Positions 38,275-43,390 of a stretch of DNA of 43,390 nt are shown piece by piece. The notes under the pieces are model-generated. The model saw only the letters and a list, made by a program, of their open reading frames with translations, made no database searches and was not told the DNA's origin. The DNA lies in NCBI RefSeq assembly GCF_001194135.2, contig NC_068989.1, forward strand, positions 63,112,312-63,155,701, written 5' to 3'. Origin of the DNA: Octopus bimaculoides (lineage: Eukaryota). Within the stretch, counting starts at the first letter, position 1. Each line of letters opens with the position of its first letter. A program made the translations under genes and the position numbers.

Positions 38275-39043
38275 GGTACATACACACACACACAAACACA
38301 AACTTTCTTTGTCTTACGAAGATATTTGACAAATAATTTATCAGGAAAAGAAAATGTAATCTAAATAGTTGTCTTTAGCCATAAGTCAAATTTACTTCAG
38401 TATATATATAAGATGGGAAGATCTTACTAGGATTATAACTACGGGGTTTGATTTGAAAGAGACTTGGTAGATAAATGTAGCGCACAAAATGCAATTCTTC
38501 ACGCAACGATAGCAAGCAATATATTTGACTATATTGCAGCAAATGCACCACTGCGTACAGAAATCATGAATATTTGCCAGAATTAAGAATTAAACGTAGG
38601 AGGTAGTAGTCACATGAAGTGGCGTTGTTGTGTTTCCTGGGATACATTTTAGCTGTAGTTTTTGCTTAGAACGAGATAATATTTTGGCTTTATTTATATA
38701 GAAAACACCATTATTTGTTTCAATATACATCCAAGTAAGTGAAATATTTTGTTGTTTATATGAAAAATAAGAAAATGAAAATTACAACTAAAGTAAAAAA
38801 ATATTTTAAAGAAGAAAGGCTAGGTAAATATTTGGTGGTGTATCAAATGTGAAAGACAACGTTTTGCACGAGTAATCATTTATGTTAACAATAGATGTCA
38901 CCTCGTACTCATACCACTTGCAACTTGCCTGTCAAATATATATACATTAACATTAACATTTTATATGGTAACATACACTTCTAAATGGAAAGTGGAGACC
39001 CAGCCTGACCACAGTGCATTGACTGAAACAAGTGAAATATACA

Positions 39044-39046
<3 letters not shown>

Positions 39047-39134
<88 letters not shown>
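39047..39134. repeat. (TG)n microsatellite
   Basis: Directly visible. Confidence 0.98.
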
Positions 39135-39136
<2 letters not shown>

Positions 39137-40991
39137 ATGTACTCAAAAACCACTGATTTCCCTTCGATTGTTTTGTCCAGTAATTCTTGCAATACAGATA
39201 CATTTTACCTGCTGATATCTAAATTTCCAGTCATTCTGTCAAACACTTTGTCACATGAGTCGCCGTAAGTCATTTGCAATTATTTCATTATCTAAATATC
39301 TCTTTGAATTTCGAGTTATGACAAATGCTGCCTAGCCTTGTCTCTCTTCCACAAATAAATCCTGTTCTAGGTTTGTGCGTAACATAAACATGTATCTGTA
39401 GACGCGCAGGGATATTTTGTAGCGGTGAGTTGCTTCCGGTATGAATTCAGGTGAGATGATAGTCACTCTTGTTTAAGAAGCAAAAAATAACCAAAGAAGT
39501 TGTAAATATGCCGATACTTTACAGAAAGAATTGATGCTCAGGTTCGTATTTATAATTAGAGAATAGATCAAATAAAACCTGCGTCAGCTTGGATTTCATA
39601 AAATCCAGCCTAAATTGAACAGGATTAAACCAATCCTATATTATACTTAATATCGCAAAGCTTATCTCAACCCATCCTTAAAATCTTTTAATACTTTCAA
39701 AGAAGCGATGTTTCTTCGAGTTTAACTTACTTTCTAGTTTACGAACAAGAAATATCTATTTCTTCGTCCATATATACGCACTCATTGTGCAGTACAAGAA
39801 ACTGTCAAATAGAAATAAGTGTCCAACGTATACGTTAAAAATACATTATGAAAGCAAGGAACACAAAATCAAAGTACACAACATAGGAGAGACAAGTTTC
39901 AGAAATGTTTTATTAGCGTAACACTTAAAAGAAAGGAAAAAAAAATGTTTTGGAAGCTAGTCCTTCAGCAGACGAAAAATGTAGATTAATATTTAGGAGG
40001 TGTGAAAGAGAAATAAATGGAAAATTAAAAGTAAAACGAGATGAAAAAGAACTTAGAAAAGAGAAAACAAGGAGAAAAAGGTGGAGGAAGTGAGGGGTTG
40101 ACAGAAGATTATGTACAGTGAAAGAAATAGGGAAACAGAAATAAAAGATTTCCATATATGTTAATAGTATATTATGAAAGTACACACACATGAATACATA
40201 ATTGTAATAGTTATAAGATTTTATATTTTGTGCTTGAGACTATATACATAGATATTTTACATTTTGTGTGAAAAATTGCGATAAGATCGACACACTCAAC
40301 ATTTCAACCAGTATGTTATTATAAACAATAACTGTATATAACCTCAGGTGTATAAAAAACAAATATACAATTTCTTTAATACACATCTAGTTTGCAAATT
40401 TATGTTTTCTTGTTTATTTATCAATAAACACCCTTCAGAAAATATCTCACCACACTTTTTCCAAATGTTGTAGACAATTTTCTCTATACAATTTAATTTC
40501 ACGTCTCAGCGTCTTTTTATACCTTAATATATCTCTATGAGTTGTTTTACTAAAGGAAAGTTTGATAATTGACTGGGGTCTATTTTGGTGACATTATTAG
40601 TAAAAGGCTAAGAAAATATTGAAATATCTTTCATTTATATGGGAAGGTAAATGAGATTATCATCTATCACTATGTAAATGTGTACGTGTAATGCTGCATC
40701 TAAATTTTATCCATCTAAATAATAATTTTTGGCGTTATTTCCAAAATGTTACTACGCTTGCTTCGTATGTTTATAAAAATTATTGATCTTAGCACCGAAT
40801 TTTTTTTTTCTTTTCTTCGTTTCTTTTAATTATTCCCATCCCTGTTAGGCATACGTTAAACTGTTTAGGATTTTCTGCTGAACGCTTTGAATACAGAATT
40901 TCATTTATTATGTAAATATTCATCTCCAGACGTATCGATATTCTCTCATCTGAAAAGATTTGTAAATAGATTTAGTATAAGGAAACTGAAA

Positions 40992-41023
<32 letters not shown>

Positions 41024-41927
41024 NNNNNNNNNNNNNNNNNNNNNNNNNNNNNNNNNNNNNNNNNNNNNNNNNNNNNNNNNNNNNNNNNNNNNNNNNNNNN
41101 NNNNNNNNNNNNNNNNNNNNNNNNNNNNNNNNNNNNNNNNNNNNNNNNNNNNNNNNNNNNNNNNNNNNNNNNNNNNNNNNNNNNNNNNNNNNNNNNNNNN
41201 NNNNNNNNNNNNNNNNNNNNNNNNNNNNNNNNNNNNNNNNNNNNNNNNNNNNNNNNNNNNNNNNNNNNNNNNNNNNNNNNNNNNNNNNNNNNNNNNNNNN
41301 NNNNNNNNNNNNNNNNNNNNNNNNNNNNNNNNNNNNNNNNNNNNNNNNNNNNNNNNNNNNNNNNNNNNNNNNNNNNNNNNNNNNNNNNNNNNNNNNNNNN
41401 NNNNNNNNNNNNNNNNNNNNNNNNNNNNNNNNNNNNNNNNNNNNNNNNNNNNNNNNNNNNNNNNNNNNNNNNNNNNNNNNNNNNNNNNNNNNNNNNNNNN
41501 NNNNNNNNNNNNNNNNNNNNNNNNNNNNNNNNNNNNNNNNNNNNNNNNNNNNNNNNNNNNNNNNNNNNNNNNNNNNNNNNNNNNNNNNNNNNNNNNNNNN
41601 NNNNNNNNNNNNNNNNNNNNNNNNNNNNNNNNNNNNNNNNNNNNNNNNNNNNNNNNNNNNNNNNNNNNNNNNNNNTATATATATATATATATATGAATAT
41701 ATGTATGTATGTATATGCATATAGATAGATTTATGAAGATATAATATATATATATATAAGTAATTTTTATCGCCAACTGAACATGGCTGCTCCGTATGAA
41801 CTGATGTTACTACCGTCGTTTTCTAGGTGAAGTGACGATAAGCATTAAATCTCAGTATAATTACTACTTTCGTCACTTATAGAGATATCCTAACTATATA
41901 TGTGCATGCATACTTACATACACACAC

Positions 41928-41963
<36 letters not shown>

Positions 41964-41969
41964 GTGTGT

Positions 41970-42050
<81 letters not shown>
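41970..42050. repeat. (GA)n microsatellite
   Basis: Directly visible and preceded by (CA)n(TA)n. Confidence 0.98.
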
Positions 42051-42054
<4 letters not shown>

Positions 42055-43015
42055 ACGTATATATGTATATATATATATGCATATATGTGTGCTTGTGTCT
42101 GTTTATGGGTGTACAAGAAATGTATTCTTGGACATTTCAAGGTGCACAGAAGTTGACAGAATTCCATGATTTGAATGTAATATCAGGTATCCACAACAAT
42201 TTTGTAAATACAAACATTTTTGTTGCATCCTATAGAGTTCACTAAAACCTATACAACATTATTTTGTAACATGACAATTTCCACGAAACATTTAAATATG
42301 CATGCTATTCGGCCCTGTTCAATCTGGTCGCTGATATCAGTGAGAAATAAGAAGCTAATTTGTATATAGTTAAAAAAAGTTGCACCATCACAAGCAAAAC
42401 TACAAGCAGAATTAAAATGCGACACTTTAGTTCTGCTTGTAGACATTTCGGTAGAAGTCAAACAATATATTTTGTGTAGGGACGTAATGATTGCTTCCTT
42501 GTTACGATACAGCGTCAGATTTATCTTTTACTTGTTTAAGAACTGCAACTATTTTGGGGACCTTCTTTGAAGTGTTTAGTCGAAGAAATTGTCTGCAGTA
42601 TTTATATTTAAAGCTTGGTTCTTATTCTATCGGCCACTTTGAGTTGCATGGACGTTAAAATGACAACACGCTTTGCCAAGCAGTGGTAGAAGACATACAC
42701 AAAGAGAACACACGCGCGTGCAAACTCATGCACACATAGATACACACATACACACAAAACACACACCACACACGCACACAAATACACACATGTATGTGTG
42801 TGTGTGAATGGAACAAAACAGTCTGATTCAAATTCGTTGATAGTATTAAGCTTCAAGCGGGATGCTAGTCTTCAGCCATAGATGACGACTAGCATAACAC
42901 TTTAAAACGACCGTACCAGCGAATTTGAATAAAAGTGTTTTGATTCATACATGTACCTCCCAATATATTGCCTGATTATCCTTTTTTCGTTTGTCCACTC
43001 GTCAATATAATTTTA

Positions 43016-43056
<41 letters not shown>

Positions 43057-43390
43057 GAAGGTTTGAAAATGCACTTATTTTTTTTAAAATAGTTATTTAC
43101 TTAACCGGTTTCACTTTTTTAGAAAAAGATTATCAAAAGTCTTTGAGAATAATAAAAAATGTTAAAAAGCAGCCTGAGTATTAAAATGCATATATACATT
43201 CTTTGATGATAAAATATATTTAAAGTATAAAGCTTTGTATGAACTTTGTAGTGTTACATACTGATTGTCACACATTCTCTGATATTAAGGTGAAATTGTT
43301 AAAAACAGTGTTAAAAACAGTGTATGAAAATACACATATGGAAAAATACATATACATATACATATTCTCATACATATTCTTTGACAATCG

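Overview
This is AT-rich eukaryotic (animal) DNA with no prokaryotic gene structure. It is saturated with microsatellites and broken by 13 N-gaps (about 4.6 kb in total). The SINE-like repeats match what I recall of octopus/cephalopod tRNA-derived SINEs, so a draft Octopus assembly is the most likely source (inference). I recognise no intact host protein-coding gene, rRNA, tRNA or CRISPR array, and the window looks intronic or intergenic. Most ORFs in the supplied track are artefacts of N-runs and di-/trinucleotide repeats. What can be supported is a set of decayed transposable elements: three or four mariner (DD34D-type) deletion derivatives, one DD37D/maT-like Tc1-mariner relic, a hAT-type MITE with an 8-bp TSD, two Penelope-like fragments (RT with a YRED variant of YxDD; GIY-YIG endonuclease), two R4/Dong-like RLE non-LTR fragments next to (AAT)n arrays, and about seven SINE pieces. 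The most unusual structures are a perfect 50-bp nested inverted repeat at 7489-7618 and a perfect 60-bp palindrome against a gap at 26380-26439. I found no convincing evidence of a novel biological system. All protein family assignments come from motif recognition by eye, not from database searches.
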